Origin: Promethearchaeota archaeon
GTDB lineage: Archaea; Asgardarchaeota; Lokiarchaeia; Sigyniarchaeales; SOKP01
NCBI GenBank assembly: GCA_030599585.1
Contig: JAUVNS010000004.1
Coordinates: forward strand, 192,001 to 256,000
DNA: 64,000 nt
Direction of reading: 5' to 3'
Within the stretch, counting starts at the first letter, position 1. Every line of letters begins with the position of its first letter. The notes beneath the pieces were generated by a model that ran no database searches, was not told the DNA's origin, and saw nothing but the letters and a program-made list of their open reading frames with translations. The position numbers and the translations under genes were made by a program. Of the stretch, positions 1 to 9,680 are shown one piece after another.

Positions 1-3000
1 TTGGAACGCTATGAATGTAGAGAATAGAATAATATTCTTTGATTTTTTTTCTATTGTGCGATTTAAAAAGCCATTTAATAGAAACATGAGTAATGAAAAG
101 ACAGAAAGAAAGAAACTAAATGAAGGAATTCCAATTAGTAATGGGTTGTAAGCTAGTAGAAAGTCAGTCAATAACAGAGAAAGGTAAAAACTAATCACAA
201 GAAAAATAATATTCAGTAAAATTGCTTGTAATTGATTTTTAATTTCCTTTATTCTATTAGCATCGTATTTAGTTATTACTTCGATATAGTAAGATAAGTA
301 ATGTAATGTATAGAACTGTAATATCAAGAATATAACTAAATTTAAAACAAATAATGTGGCATCATTTCCTGTAAGTTGGGCAAAGTAAATTAATCCACCA
401 ATCGTTATAACAAGAAATGCTATGATATTTAACAAATAAGTGATCTTTTCTATAGTTCTCTTTAAAACATGGATGTCTAATAAAATGGAGAGGAAAAATA
501 TGAAAACGGATAACAATATAGCTCCATATAAGTATAAGCTAATATCTATTAACTCCTGGATCAATCCAAAGCTCAACAAACCAAGTGCAAAATAGGATAC
601 TAATGACAGAATTGAATCAAATTTCGTCATACCATAATCTTTTTCAGGCTGTTGTTCTTCGATTTTCTTCATAAATAAGAATCTTGCTACCGAAAAGTAA
701 GCAGAATAAATCAAAAGTGAAAGTAGAACTATAAAATAGAGCGAATGAAATAATTCTATCAATAGTATAAACTGTAAAGTTAATAATGTTAATGCTAAAG
801 GAGAAATATACCATAGAATAAAACGGTATTCATATAATGCTGATCTAAGAATAATCAAATTGACAGTTATGAATATCGCAGACACTAAAAAGATAGATCC
901 AGGGAGGAAAATATAAACCAAGAACGATAAGGTAAGTGATATTCCAATCGATAAAATTGATAGTGGAAATATTTTTTTAAGAGGTAATATCATTCGAAAT
1001 TTATTAAATACAAGAGTGGAACCGCCAAAAACCGTAATTGCTAAAGATAAAGCGATGAACTCGATATTAGGAATCAATATGAATGTGTTGTAGGTAAAAA
1101 AGGAGAAATTTACGACTAATATTGATGAGATTATAATGTTAAAAAAAGTCCTGCTGAGCTTAAGGAGTCTTGAAGAAAATAGACTGAAAGCGAGTATTAT
1201 AAAAGAGAGGTTAATAGATATAAAGAAATTTAGAATTATTGAATTAATGATCAAGAAAATTGTTAAAAAGATACCTGTCAGAGAAAGAAAATAGGAACTT
1301 ACAAGTAAAATGTTTTTTAAATTTTTTAAATTGGGGAAAAATGATAAAATGACGAAAAAGAATCCCAATACAATTAAATTGATTGATAAGTTAATTTCCA
1401 AGGGTAACAAGATTACTTGGAATAATATAACGAGGAAGCTTACATTTATAAAAATGTAAAATAGCCATAATAGAGTAATGATTTTCCACATTTTCATTCT
1501 ATAAAACACCGGCATTAGAAGAGATACTGCGAAAACAAAAAACACTATATTAGTAATTACTAGATTTTCAGTAAAAACATTTTGACTAAACCAGTATAAG
1601 AAGAACAAGCTAAAACTCCAAACTATTAGTAGAATCCTGGAGAAATGTTTTTTTATCCATGTGTACCAAAAGGGTAGAGAAAGCAAAACACAAATTGTGA
1701 AAGATATTATAAATGAACCACTAATTTGAATCCCAAAGAAATTTAATGCGTTCGTATAAATATTAACATCGGTAAAACTCTCGTTGATGATATAAAAATT
1801 TACAAAGGGAACTATAATCCATAACCTCCACCCCGTTTTCCATATTACCCAAGAGAATTTCCAGTAGTAAAAGCCTACTGATAAGTAGAAAAGAAGGACG
1901 CCAATATTGATGGTTATAATAAACAGGAAAGGGTCCCATATAGGTAGATTAAAAAAGACATTCAAGAAAAAATACATAAAAGTTGGAATAGAAAGAATAT
2001 AGGATGAAAAAGCGATATAAAAAGAAAGGCGCCTGAAATTTTCTGGCGCTTTATTATAAGTCCATACATAACTAATACTGGTAACGCTTAAAGTTAGTGT
2101 AAATGTCAGTATTGGATTAAATTCTATAAAAAATGGATTATTAAACAGAATATTATAAGACAGGAAACTAATGAGGTTAAATACCATAAGCAAAACACCA
2201 GGTCGGATGAACCACTTGTAAATATCATTTTTTTGCTTGTAGTAGAAATTCCCTGTTAATAATAAAAATAGGAATAGAGAGAAAGTAATGATATATATTA
2301 AAGGAATTATGGTATTGTAGAGTAGTAAAAGAAAGGTTATAATCGATATTAAAGTATATAAAGTGAATTTTTCGATTACATTTACATTCCGTATGTTTAA
2401 CACAATAGAAAAGAATAAGACAATCATTAACGAAAGACTGAAATAAAAAAGATAAAAAGCGAAGTCGAGTAGATCGAATGAAGGAATAAACATATAAAAA
2501 TTCAGTGTGGTAATCAATTTTACTAAAATTAACAAGGTAAGCGAGAAGTAGCTAATAATTCGAAATATAAAATTGCGATTCCGATTGGAAATGAAGAAAT
2601 AAATCATAATAATAAAAAATACATAAGCAAAATATTCGAAAACACCCGGAAATATAGAAAAGAAAGTAAATAGCAGTAGTGATGGACCTAGCAATATTCT
2701 TATTAGTTTGAATTCAGCCACATTCTCAATTCTATCATTGTATTTAACCAGATAGTAATTGATTAACGAATAAATACCACAGAATAAAATTAAAAGTCGT
2801 AGTGGTTGATTTGTGCTGTAAAATGGAAACATTTGACTGGAGTTCCAATATAATTCACTGAATATAATAATTAAAGTAAAATAGAACGTGTAATAGATGA
2901 GTCTTTTGTAAAGTGTTAGAGAATCATCAGAGATAAAAAAGTTATTTCTCAGATAATAAATAGTAATAGGACTGAGGAAGGTTAGAATTAGTAAAGGTAA

Positions 3001-6000
3001 ACCAATCCTTTGTATAAGAGATAACTGGGCAGGAAATATCAAAATATAGAAACACAATAGAAATTTAATTATTAACCATGCGGATATATCAAAAACCCAT
3101 CTGAGTCTCGAAAATTCAATTTCGAATAAGTTACGACTGATTGTTGATACTATTAGGTAAGTTAACAGAAAGATTCCAACATTTGTAGTTAATGTTAATA
3201 GTAGGGACTCTTGAAGCTGAAGAAGTGAATAAATGATATTAAATGGAACCAGAAAAATAGTTAGCGAAGCTATCATAAATTCGATGAAAAAATAAGATAT
3301 GTTTTTAGTATATTCGTATATTTTGTAGATTCTGTAATAATCATATTTAGTAAGATCGTTTTCAAATATCCTCTGCTTGAGATTTTCAAGCGGAATTAAG
3401 ATAACCAGATTTAAAATTAAAAATAATAACGAAGAACAACTGATATTGAATCCAATATTAATAGTGAAAGAGTTTAAAACCACAAAAATCTTCGTAGATA
3501 TAACAAGAGATAAAACAACCCAAGTGATAATCTGGCAAGTTTTAATAGAAACGAAATAGGATTCTTTAAGTTTAGATTTATCAAAAAGAGATTCTAGAAA
3601 AACTAAAAATCCAAAAACTAAAGCAATAACCGAACTATTGATTATATAATAATCTACAGCTATACCTAATCTAATAAAATCTAATCCTATTACATAAGGA
3701 AGCGAAGTAATTAATCCCGATATGACTAAACTGTCTATTGTTAACAATTTCTGCACAAAACTGGTGAAAATATTCTTATTTAAGGAATGGAGTAGAGGTA
3801 ATAACAGTGTTATACTTAAGATCAGCAAAGGAATAATATATTTGTAAACCGAAGTAGGTATAAACAAATATAGATAAAATGAGATGAGGATACTAGTGAA
3901 AAACAAACTTACTATATTAAACCCTGTCGAAATTTTTTCTGAAAATAGAATTCTCTTCTTGGTAAAAAAATTAATAATCAAGCTAATAAGAACGATGGAT
4001 ATATATGCTGAAAAAATTAGGTCCAAATGAAGTTGTTGATTAAAGAATGCGAACATTATGAAGAAAACTTCTAACATTATTAAATAACTAATGTAATTTT
4101 CAATAACAATAATTTTTTCGTGAGAAATTATATCTATTTTATCTCCCAATTTCAAAATGTAGAAACACGCAATAGATATGTAAAGTATATTAAGCACGAT
4201 TAACGAATTTAAGATTGTTAAAAATAAATCAGCAATTAAATAGAAGTTTAATATAAAGACAGACAGAACTATGATGCTGGAGCAAAGAAAATGATAGATT
4301 AGGAAGAATTTTTTATTTATTACATTTTTTTTGTGGAGATAATAAATGGGAATATATGAGAGGACGCTAACTAAAATAAGAGGTATAAAAAATCCGAAGA
4401 ACGAACCCCAAGTGTAAAACGCACTATAATATCCCACCAAAAATAAACCTAAATATAACGTAAATGAATTTAATATCAAGGTTAGGAGCTTAGGAAAGAG
4501 TTTATGTTCTTTTGAATCCGAATACACAATTAGACTCATTACCGTAACAGATAAAAACAAGGATATAAGTAAGTCTAATTCCAAATAAATCAGGAAAAAT
4601 GTAATAAGTATGGCAAAAACTTCGAATACAATGGGATAAGATAGGATGTGTAAAAGAGATTTAGATCGTGATTCTTTGAGCATTCTAATTTTCTTCCCAT
4701 ATGAAATTAGGATTATCAAACAAATGGATATAAACAGTAAGTTAAGGATCGTACCAATAATTAGATGTGCGCTGAAGTATATTACAATTATATAAAAATT
4801 CAAAACGAAAAACAAAAACATGAGCAACCATGAGGAACCATAAGTGTAAATTGCGATGATTTTAGGTTTTAATAATTTTTCACTATATAAATAATAAATT
4901 GGAGCAAAAATCAAGAAGCAAAATACAATCGGTGTGATTAAATAAACAATGAAATCACTTATATTTGCGTTTAAGAAGTAAAACCCCGTAATCACTATAC
5001 TAATAATCAGGATAAGTAATGTCCAAGTTATTATTACTTTTCTAGGAATAAATTTTACATTCGGAGGAAAAAGATTAAAAATGATGCCAATAACGCAACA
5101 AGAAAGGAATAAAGCAAGAAATCCGTCCAAAATAAATAGAATTCTGAATACCGCATAAAATAATAAGAATACTTCAATTAAAAGAGCAAAACTATCAACT
5201 CTAATTATAAAATTGAAAGTAGAATCTTTAACTTTTTTTAGATACTGTCCAAATTTAAGGTTTGCTAAACTAAAAACTGACAAATAAGCCAGATCTAAAA
5301 GCAGAATCACAAAATTATTCCAAAAAATTATGAATATTGTAAAAAAAATCGAGAGTAGTAAAAACCAAAAAGCATAATAGCTATAATTCAAGCTGATTTC
5401 TCGAGAGAATATGTGAATACTATAGTTGAGAAGCACGAATAGTAGGAAAATTATTGGAACTATAATTGCAGATAAAATTAGTTCTCCTTGAAATACCTCA
5501 AGAATTCCAGATGCTAGATTTTTAATATTAACTAATGCAAACCAAGTTATTTCTAATAGTAAAAAGACGATCACGATACAATAGTTAAAAAACTTCCAAG
5601 GTTTATCGTATAACCGAATCCGAGCAAACGAAAAATAAAACGACAATAATGTTATTGCTAAGACGATAAAAGTGTGAATTAATACATTGGAGATAAAACG
5701 TACACTTGGATCTATAATGAACTGTAGATATACAAATTCGATTACAGGGAAGAAAAGATATAAAATCATTGTAAAACTCGCAACAACAAGAAGAGTTTGA
5801 ATAATTAGTACCGTTTTTTCTTGAAAGTACTTAAGCTTCTCAAAAACTTGAAATATTATATATGTAGATAGTGAGAGTAAAAGAAATTGAATTAAAAGAA
5901 ACTGAACATTAAAAAACGTTATGCTCGGAAATGGCAAGATCCAAAAGATTACGATGATTGCCACCCCTAAGCTATTAATTAGATATATAAATCTGCCGTA

Positions 6001-6207
6001 AAGAATAGTGATAAAGTTCGATTTTTCTTCGTAATAGGTAAGAATAGAAATTATTGGTAATGTTATAATACCGATTAAAGAAATATCATTTAGCAATGAA
6101 ATTGAGAGGAATAGAAGAATTAAACTGACTGAGACAATAAAGTTTAGCTTTACATAGGTTTGAATATCACCAACATCAACTTCTTCAGCATTGTTAGGAC
6201 TCGTCAA
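1..6207 (-). CDS. Giant polytopic membrane protein (>2069 aa, C-terminus beyond left edge) with 184-aa internal repeats
   Basis: TTG at 6207 after AGGAGGT SD; reads MTSPNNAEEVDVGDIQTYVKLNFIVSVSLILLF... and still open at base 1 (...KNIILFSTFIAFQ). I translated the N-terminal ~45% and the last codons by hand; absence from the ORF track is consistent with no in-frame stop inside the window. Continuous hydrophobic segments. Confidence 0.9.
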   Translation of the reverse strand, partial: MTSPNNAEEVDVGDIQTYVKLNFIVSVSLILLFLSISLLNDISLIGIITLPIISILTYYEEKSNFITILYGRFIYLINSLGVAIIVIFWILPFPSITFFNVQFLLIQFLLLSLSTYIIFQVFEKLKYFQEKTVLIIQTLLVVASFTMILYLFFPVIEFVYLQFIIDPSVRFISNVLIHTFIVLAITLLSFYFSFARIRLYDKPWKFFNYCIVIVFLLLEITWFALVNIKNLASGILEVFQGELILSAIIVPIIFLLFVLLNYSIHIFSREISLNYSYYAFWFLLLSIFFTIFIIFWNNFVILLLDLAYLSVFSLANLKFGQYLKKVKDSTFNFIIRVDSFALLIEVFLLFYAVFRILFILDGFLALFLSCCVIGIIFNLFPPNVKFIPRKVIITWTLLILIISIVITGFYFLNANISDFIVYLITPIVFCFLIFAPIYYLYSEKLLKPKIIAIYTYGSSWLLMFLFFVLNFYIIVIYFSAHLIIGTILNLLFISICLIILISYGKKIRMLKESRSKSLLHILSYPIVFEVFAILITFFLIYLELDLLISLFLSVTVMSLIVYSDSKEHKLFPKLLTLILNSFTLYLGLFLVGYYSAFYTWGSFFGFFIPLILVSVLSYIPIYYLHKKNVINKKFFLIYHFLCSSIIVLSVFILNFYLIADLFLTILNSLIVLNILYISIACFYILKLGDKIDIISHEKIIVIENYISYLIMLEVFFIMFAFFNQQLHLDLIFSAYISIVLISLIINFFTKKRILFSEKISTGFNIVSLFFTSILISFYLYLFIPTSVYKYIIPLLILSITLLLPLLHSLNKNIFTSFVQKLLTIDSLVISGLITSLPYVIGLDFIRLGIAVDYYIINSSVIALVFGFLVFLESLFDKSKLKESYFVSIKTCQIITWVVLSLVISTKIFVVLNSFTINIGFNISCSSLLFLILNLVILIPLENLKQRIFENDLTKYDYYRIYKIYEYTKNISYFFIEFMIASLTIFLVPFNIIYSLLQLQESLLLTLTTNVGIFLLTYLIVSTISRNLFEIEFSRLRWVFDISAWLIIKFLLCFYILIFPAQLSLIQRIGLPLLILTFLSPITIYYLRNNFFISDDSLTLYKRLIYYTFYFTLIIIFSELYWNSSQMFPFYSTNQPLRLLILFCGIYSLINYYLVKYNDRIENVAEFKLIRILLGPSLLLFTFFSIFPGVFEYFAYVFFIIMIYFFISNRNRNFIFRIISYFSLTLLILVKLITTLNFYMFIPSFDLLDFAFYLFYFSLSLMIVLFFSIVLNIRNVNVIEKFTLYTLISIITFLLLLYNTIIPLIYIITFSLFLFLLLTGNFYYKQKNDIYKWFIRPGVLLMVFNLISFLSYNILFNNPFFIEFNPILTFTLTLSVTSISYVWTYNKAPENFRRLSFYIAFSSYILSIPTFMYFFLNVFFNLPIWDPFLFIITINIGVLLFYLSVGFYYWKFSWVIWKTGWRLWIIVPFVNFYIINESFTDVNIYTNALNFFGIQISGSFIISFTICVLLSLPFWYTWIKKHFSRILLIVWSFSLFFLYWFSQNVFTENLVITNIVFFVFAVSLLMPVFYRMKMWKIITLLWLFYIFINVSFLVILFQVILLPLEINLSINLIVLGFFFVILSFFPNLKNLKNILLVSSYFLSLTGIFLTIFLIINSIILNFFISINLSFIILAFSLFSSRLLKLSRTFFNIIISSILVVNFSFFTYNTFILIPNIEFIALSLAITVFGGSTLVFNKFRMILPLKKIFPLSILSIGISLTLSFLVYIFLPGSIFLVSAIFITVNLIILRSALYEYRFILWYISPLALTLLTLQFILLIELFHSLYFIVLLSLLIYSAYFSVARFLFMKKIEEQQPEKDYGMTKFDSILSLVSYFALGLLSFGLIQELIDISLYLYGAILLSVFIFFLSILLDIHVLKRTIEKITYLLNIIAFLVITIGGLIYFAQLTGNDATLFVLNLVIFLILQFYTLHYLSYYIEVITKYDANRIKEIKNQLQAILLNIIFLVISFYLSLLLTDFLLAYNPLLIGIPSFSFFLSVFSLLMFLLNGFLNRTIEKKSKNIILFSTFIAFQ

Positions 6208-7138
6208 TTTTAAACCTCCTTAGGAATTTGCTGTAGAACGTACTTATGTATAATCTGAATTTAAAGTAAAACGCTAAGAAAATGAGAGATAATACCGTTA
6301 TTTTTATGATTTCTATGAAATCGTAATTTTGAGGAATACCAATATAAAAATAAACGATAACTATAACGAAGGGCATTTGAATTAGCAACACGAATAATAA
6401 GCCTAATAATGATTTTACAAATTTTTTCTTAAAAATTGTCAAATCTACTAGGATCGGTTTCTTACTGTCAATTGAAATCGTAATATTTTTACAGATTTTT
6501 ACACTGAAGAGTCGAGAAATGACATAAAATATAATGTTCCAAATGAGAGGAAATAACCAAGAGACTTTTGTATTAAAAGTATAAGAGAGAAATACGATGT
6601 GAACAATGTAGTTAATGAATATTATGATATTATAAGGTTGTCTAACAATTTGAGAAGAAGAAACTGCGTGATTGAATCTCTCTTCCTCTGGATCATAAAA
6701 ACCAATGGGTTGAAAATAATAATAATAGTATACAATATTATACAAAATACTAAAAGAAATTAAAGGTAAAAGCTCAAAGTAGTCATCTCCTGGAGCAAAT
6801 AACACAAAAATAGGGGTAACGATTAAAGATAAGATTGTAATCAAGAAAACGATATCAATTCTTGCGGATAGATTATTTACTTTGTTGGAAAAAAAAGGAT
6901 TTTTCCTGTATTTGTCAAATGCCTTATAAAAAAATAATAAAACAAACATAAAAGTTATAATAGACAACCCAACTGAGACAATAAGGTCTTTACCTATAAA
7001 AAAATAAATAAAAAAGCCTACAACTGCGATTAATGATGGAACTATTATTAAATAAAAACTGAACCACCAAATCTTCCAGAGTAATTCTGTTGCTTTTGTT
7101 AACTTCTCATCAGAAGAGGTGATTTTATTAGATTTCAT
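6194..7138 (-). CDS. Multi-pass membrane protein, unknown function; stop overlaps start of the giant membrane protein gene
   Basis: 314-aa ORF with ~8 hydrophobic segments. Confidence 0.85.
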   Translation of the reverse strand: MKSNKITSSDEKLTKATELLWKIWWFSFYLIIVPSLIAVVGFFIYFFIGKDLIVSVGLSIITFMFVLLFFYKAFDKYRKNPFFSNKVNNLSARIDIVFLITILSLIVTPIFVLFAPGDDYFELLPLISFSILYNIVYYYYYFQPIGFYDPEEERFNHAVSSSQIVRQPYNIIIFINYIVHIVFLSYTFNTKVSWLFPLIWNIIFYVISRLFSVKICKNITISIDSKKPILVDLTIFKKKFVKSLLGLLFVLLIQMPFVIVIVYFYIGIPQNYDFIEIIKITVLSLIFLAFYFKFRLYISTFYSKFLRRFKIDES

Positions 7139-7304
7139 TTTTACAAAATAGTAATATTCTCTATTTTGAGATAAATAGTCACTTTCATTAAAAAATGTTT
7201 ATATGAAAAAAAGGTGTATTTGTAAGAATTTACCGGTAAAAAAAAGAGTCTATCGTCGAAAGTAGTAAAAGAGATAAAAAGAAACAGTTTAAAAAAATTA
7301 TATC

Positions 7305-8636
7305 TTATTGAAATTTGGGTAAAAATTCACTCTGTAATTCTTTCATCTCGCTGAATATTCTGTCAGCCATCTCAAAACTCCCTACATTAGGATCTATGGC
7401 TAATGCATTTATTGCTACTTCCTTAGATTTAGTAAGAACCGCTTCAACGCACAGATCTTGGATACTCGCTTCGATTCGAAGAAGAGCGGCTATATTTTTC
7501 GGTAAATTTCCCCATTTAACTCCGTGTATGCCAGATTTACTAGCTATTATTGGACACTCAATTATTAAATCTTGCGGTAAATTATCTATTATTCCATCGT
7601 TTGGAATGTTGACAGCACTCTCATAGGATGGTTGGTTAGTTATCATCGCTTCAATAATAGGAACTGCTCGTTCTCCTGATATTCCTTTGGAGAGCATGCC
7701 TTTTTTGAGATACCTTCCCTCTTTAAGGCGTTTATAATTCCTCATAACCTTCCTATAGATGCGTTCACCACCTTTTTCAGTGAGGTCAATCCAATCTACC
7801 ATATCTTGTGTTTCAGTAAATTCTTCACCAAATTGTAAATATTCACCAAGGTGATTATCTCCTACATATGGAAAATAGCCAAATCTTTTAAAAACTTCAA
7901 ATGTTAGTGAAGAAAATTCGAACCTCTCTTCGCGTTGTTTAAAATATTCCGGAGCTACCTTGTTAAATTTCGGCATTAAATCCATTCCTGAAGAGATATC
8001 TTCAATTCCCATCAAAAATCCAAAATGATTTAATCCATAAGGTTTTAGTTTTAAATCCTCTAAGTTCTTATTGAGCATTTTAGGTAAATGGTAATTAAGA
8101 GCTCCAATTTGGTGACAAAGTCCGATAGCTTTAAGATTTGGTGTTGTTCTTTTGATAGCTAAGCATACTCTTGCCATTGGATTAGAAAAATTTATGAAAA
8201 ATGCGTTGGGGCAAATATCATTCACGTCTTTCACAATATCTACAATTGGAGGAATTATTCTAAAAGCATGCATAGTCCCTCCTGGTCCCCCACATTCACC
8301 GAGTATTTGAGTCGATCCATACTTTCTTGGAATTTCGTAATCTTCCCTCCATAATTTGTAACGATCTCCTACTTCAATGGAACTTATTATGAAATCAGCA
8401 CCTTTTAGTGCAGATCTACGGTTTGTAGTATGCTCAATAATAAATTTATCGTTGTGGATCTTATTTTCAGTTGTAATTAATTCATTAATTATATTTAAAC
8501 GTTCTTTATCTATGTCATGTAGAACTATTGTCGATCCATGCAAAATTTCACTCTGAAAGAGATCTAATAAAGTAGAAGGTCCAAAAGATGCGCTAGCAGC
8601 CCCAATAAGTACAATTTTACATTTCATTGTTCTCAA
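7305..8636 (-). CDS. Family 4 glycoside hydrolase (NAD+/Mn2+-dependent alpha-galactosidase/alpha-glucosidase)
   Basis: KIVLIGAAS Rossmann start, GECGGPGG, NFSNPM, GLCH, GLNHF motifs; start may be ATG 8627. Confidence 0.92.
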   Translation of the reverse strand: MRTMKCKIVLIGAASASFGPSTLLDLFQSEILHGSTIVLHDIDKERLNIINELITTENKIHNDKFIIEHTTNRRSALKGADFIISSIEVGDRYKLWREDYEIPRKYGSTQILGECGGPGGTMHAFRIIPPIVDIVKDVNDICPNAFFINFSNPMARVCLAIKRTTPNLKAIGLCHQIGALNYHLPKMLNKNLEDLKLKPYGLNHFGFLMGIEDISSGMDLMPKFNKVAPEYFKQREERFEFSSLTFEVFKRFGYFPYVGDNHLGEYLQFGEEFTETQDMVDWIDLTEKGGERIYRKVMRNYKRLKEGRYLKKGMLSKGISGERAVPIIEAMITNQPSYESAVNIPNDGIIDNLPQDLIIECPIIASKSGIHGVKWGNLPKNIAALLRIEASIQDLCVEAVLTKSKEVAINALAIDPNVGSFEMADRIFSEMKELQSEFLPKFQ

Positions 8637-8816
8637 GTATTATTTTAATAAAATAAGTTTAGAAGTGATATAATATCTTCTGTAAGGTTTAATGAGTTTA
8701 AAGAGTTATTGATTACTATTATTGACGCTATTGTCAAAGATTTTCCAAATAAGTAAACAAATGGGAAATAATACCCGCAAAATTTATTAGGGTACACTTA
8801 TTCTATTCTTATAATA

Positions 8817-8897
8817 ATGAATTTTTCGCGGCATAATACTGATTCATGGGTTGGCTGTAATAAGAAGGCCATTATTCCCTTAGTAACAGTATTATAA
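8817..8897 (+). CDS. Candidate leader peptide 1 (26 aa, MNFSRHNTDSWVGCNKKAIIPLVTVL)
   Basis: ATG ~30 nt after TATA-like TTTATTA (8783); Ile/Leu/Val-rich 3' end; stop abuts a 13-bp hairpin; architecture repeated at 9448. Confidence 0.55.
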   Translation: MNFSRHNTDSWVGCNKKAIIPLVTVL

Positions 8898-8952
8898 AGA
8901 GAATAAATCCTTTTTTCTCTCTTTTTCTTTTAATTCTTTGGATTTATTCTCT
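8898..8952 (+). promoter_or_regulatory. Stem-loop with U/C-rich loop directly after leader peptide 1 (putative attenuator/terminator)
   Basis: Perfect inverted repeat AGAGAATAAATCC (8898-8910) / GGATTTATTCTCT (8940-8952) around a 29-nt almost all-pyrimidine loop. Confidence 0.65.
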
Positions 8953-9045
8953 GCGTATGAAGTCTATTAATTTTTAAGAAAAAGTGGGATAAGGGCTTAA
9001 TTCTTACCGTAAATTCTAAAAAAAAGAATGGAGGTGAAAAAAGAA

Positions 9046-9222
9046 TTGGCAGGCAAAATAGGTCCTGAATCAATATTGGAGTATTATCAAGATTGGAATT
9101 CAGATCTGGCCCCTATCATGATGTCATTTGATCTCTCAGATGCCTATCCGGGTCAAATTGAAAGCGAGGACCAAGAAAAAATGGCTTATCTGAGAAAAAA
9201 ATATCAAAAAATATCAAAATAA
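9046..9222 (+). CDS. Small acidic protein (58 aa), related to 9681..9860
   Basis: GGAGGTGA SD then TTG at 9046 (in frame with track ORF 9028); DLSDAYPGQIESED motif; U-tract after stop. Confidence 0.75.
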   Translation: MAGKIGPESILEYYQDWNSDLAPIMMSFDLSDAYPGQIESEDQEKMAYLRKKYQKISK

Positions 9223-9416
9223 GCTCTAATTTTTTTCTATTTCTTTTTAACTATTATATAACGGTTGTTAAGCTTGAAATTTCGAAGATCCTAGATTTCT
9301 ACAATTTTCAAGTTAATCAGTTTGATTTATACTCAGTTTTAAATAAGGCGAAAAACCATAGTATAAAATTCATTTATTTGTATGATTTATTTATAATTGG
9401 GATAAAAAGTGAAACA

Positions 9417-9430
9417 TTTAAATAGCCTCA
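9417..9430 (+). promoter_or_regulatory. TATA box with downstream GCCTCA element
   Basis: GAAAC-A-TTTAAATAGCCTCA ~24-30 nt before ATG 9448; 13/14 identical to 60944-60957 (-). Confidence 0.55.
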
Positions 9431-9447
9431 TCTTTTTATTTATTCTT

Positions 9448-9540
9448 ATGATCTTAAATAATGCTACTAAATTTTCATTTGTAAAAGCTATAAGCCTTTT
9501 ATTAGGTGTGGCAGTAGTAGTATTATTATTATTATTATAA
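9448..9540 (+). CDS. Candidate leader peptide 2 (30 aa, MILNNATKFSFVKAISLLLGVAVVVLLLLL)
   Basis: ATG at leaderless distance from TATA; ends GTA GTA GTA TTA TTA TTA TTA TTA TAA; stop abuts hairpin. Confidence 0.62.
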   Translation: MILNNATKFSFVKAISLLLGVAVVVLLLLL

Positions 9541-9597
9541 ATGAGAGCCGATCCCTTTCGATCTTCTTTTTAATTTTTCTTGGATTTGCTCTCTCAT
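9541..9597 (+). promoter_or_regulatory. Stem-loop with U/C-rich loop directly after leader peptide 2
   Basis: GAGAGCcgATCC (9543-9554) / GGATttGCTCTC (9582-9593); same GAGA..ATCC / GGAT..TCTC frame as 8898-8952. Confidence 0.6.
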
Positions 9598-9680
9598 CAA
9601 AGAATTTAAATATAATTAAATCGAGATCATAACGGATTCCGGCACCTCAGGAAAAGTAAATAAAAATTGGAGGTGAAAAA

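Noticed and set aside
3377-3559. 60-aa plus-strand ORF from the track
   Set aside because: Antisense shadow within the giant membrane protein gene.
9511-9540. (GTA)3(TTA)5 as a plain microsatellite
   Set aside because: In frame with an ATG and ending exactly at a TAA next to a conserved stem, so treated as leader codons; slippage origin is not excluded.
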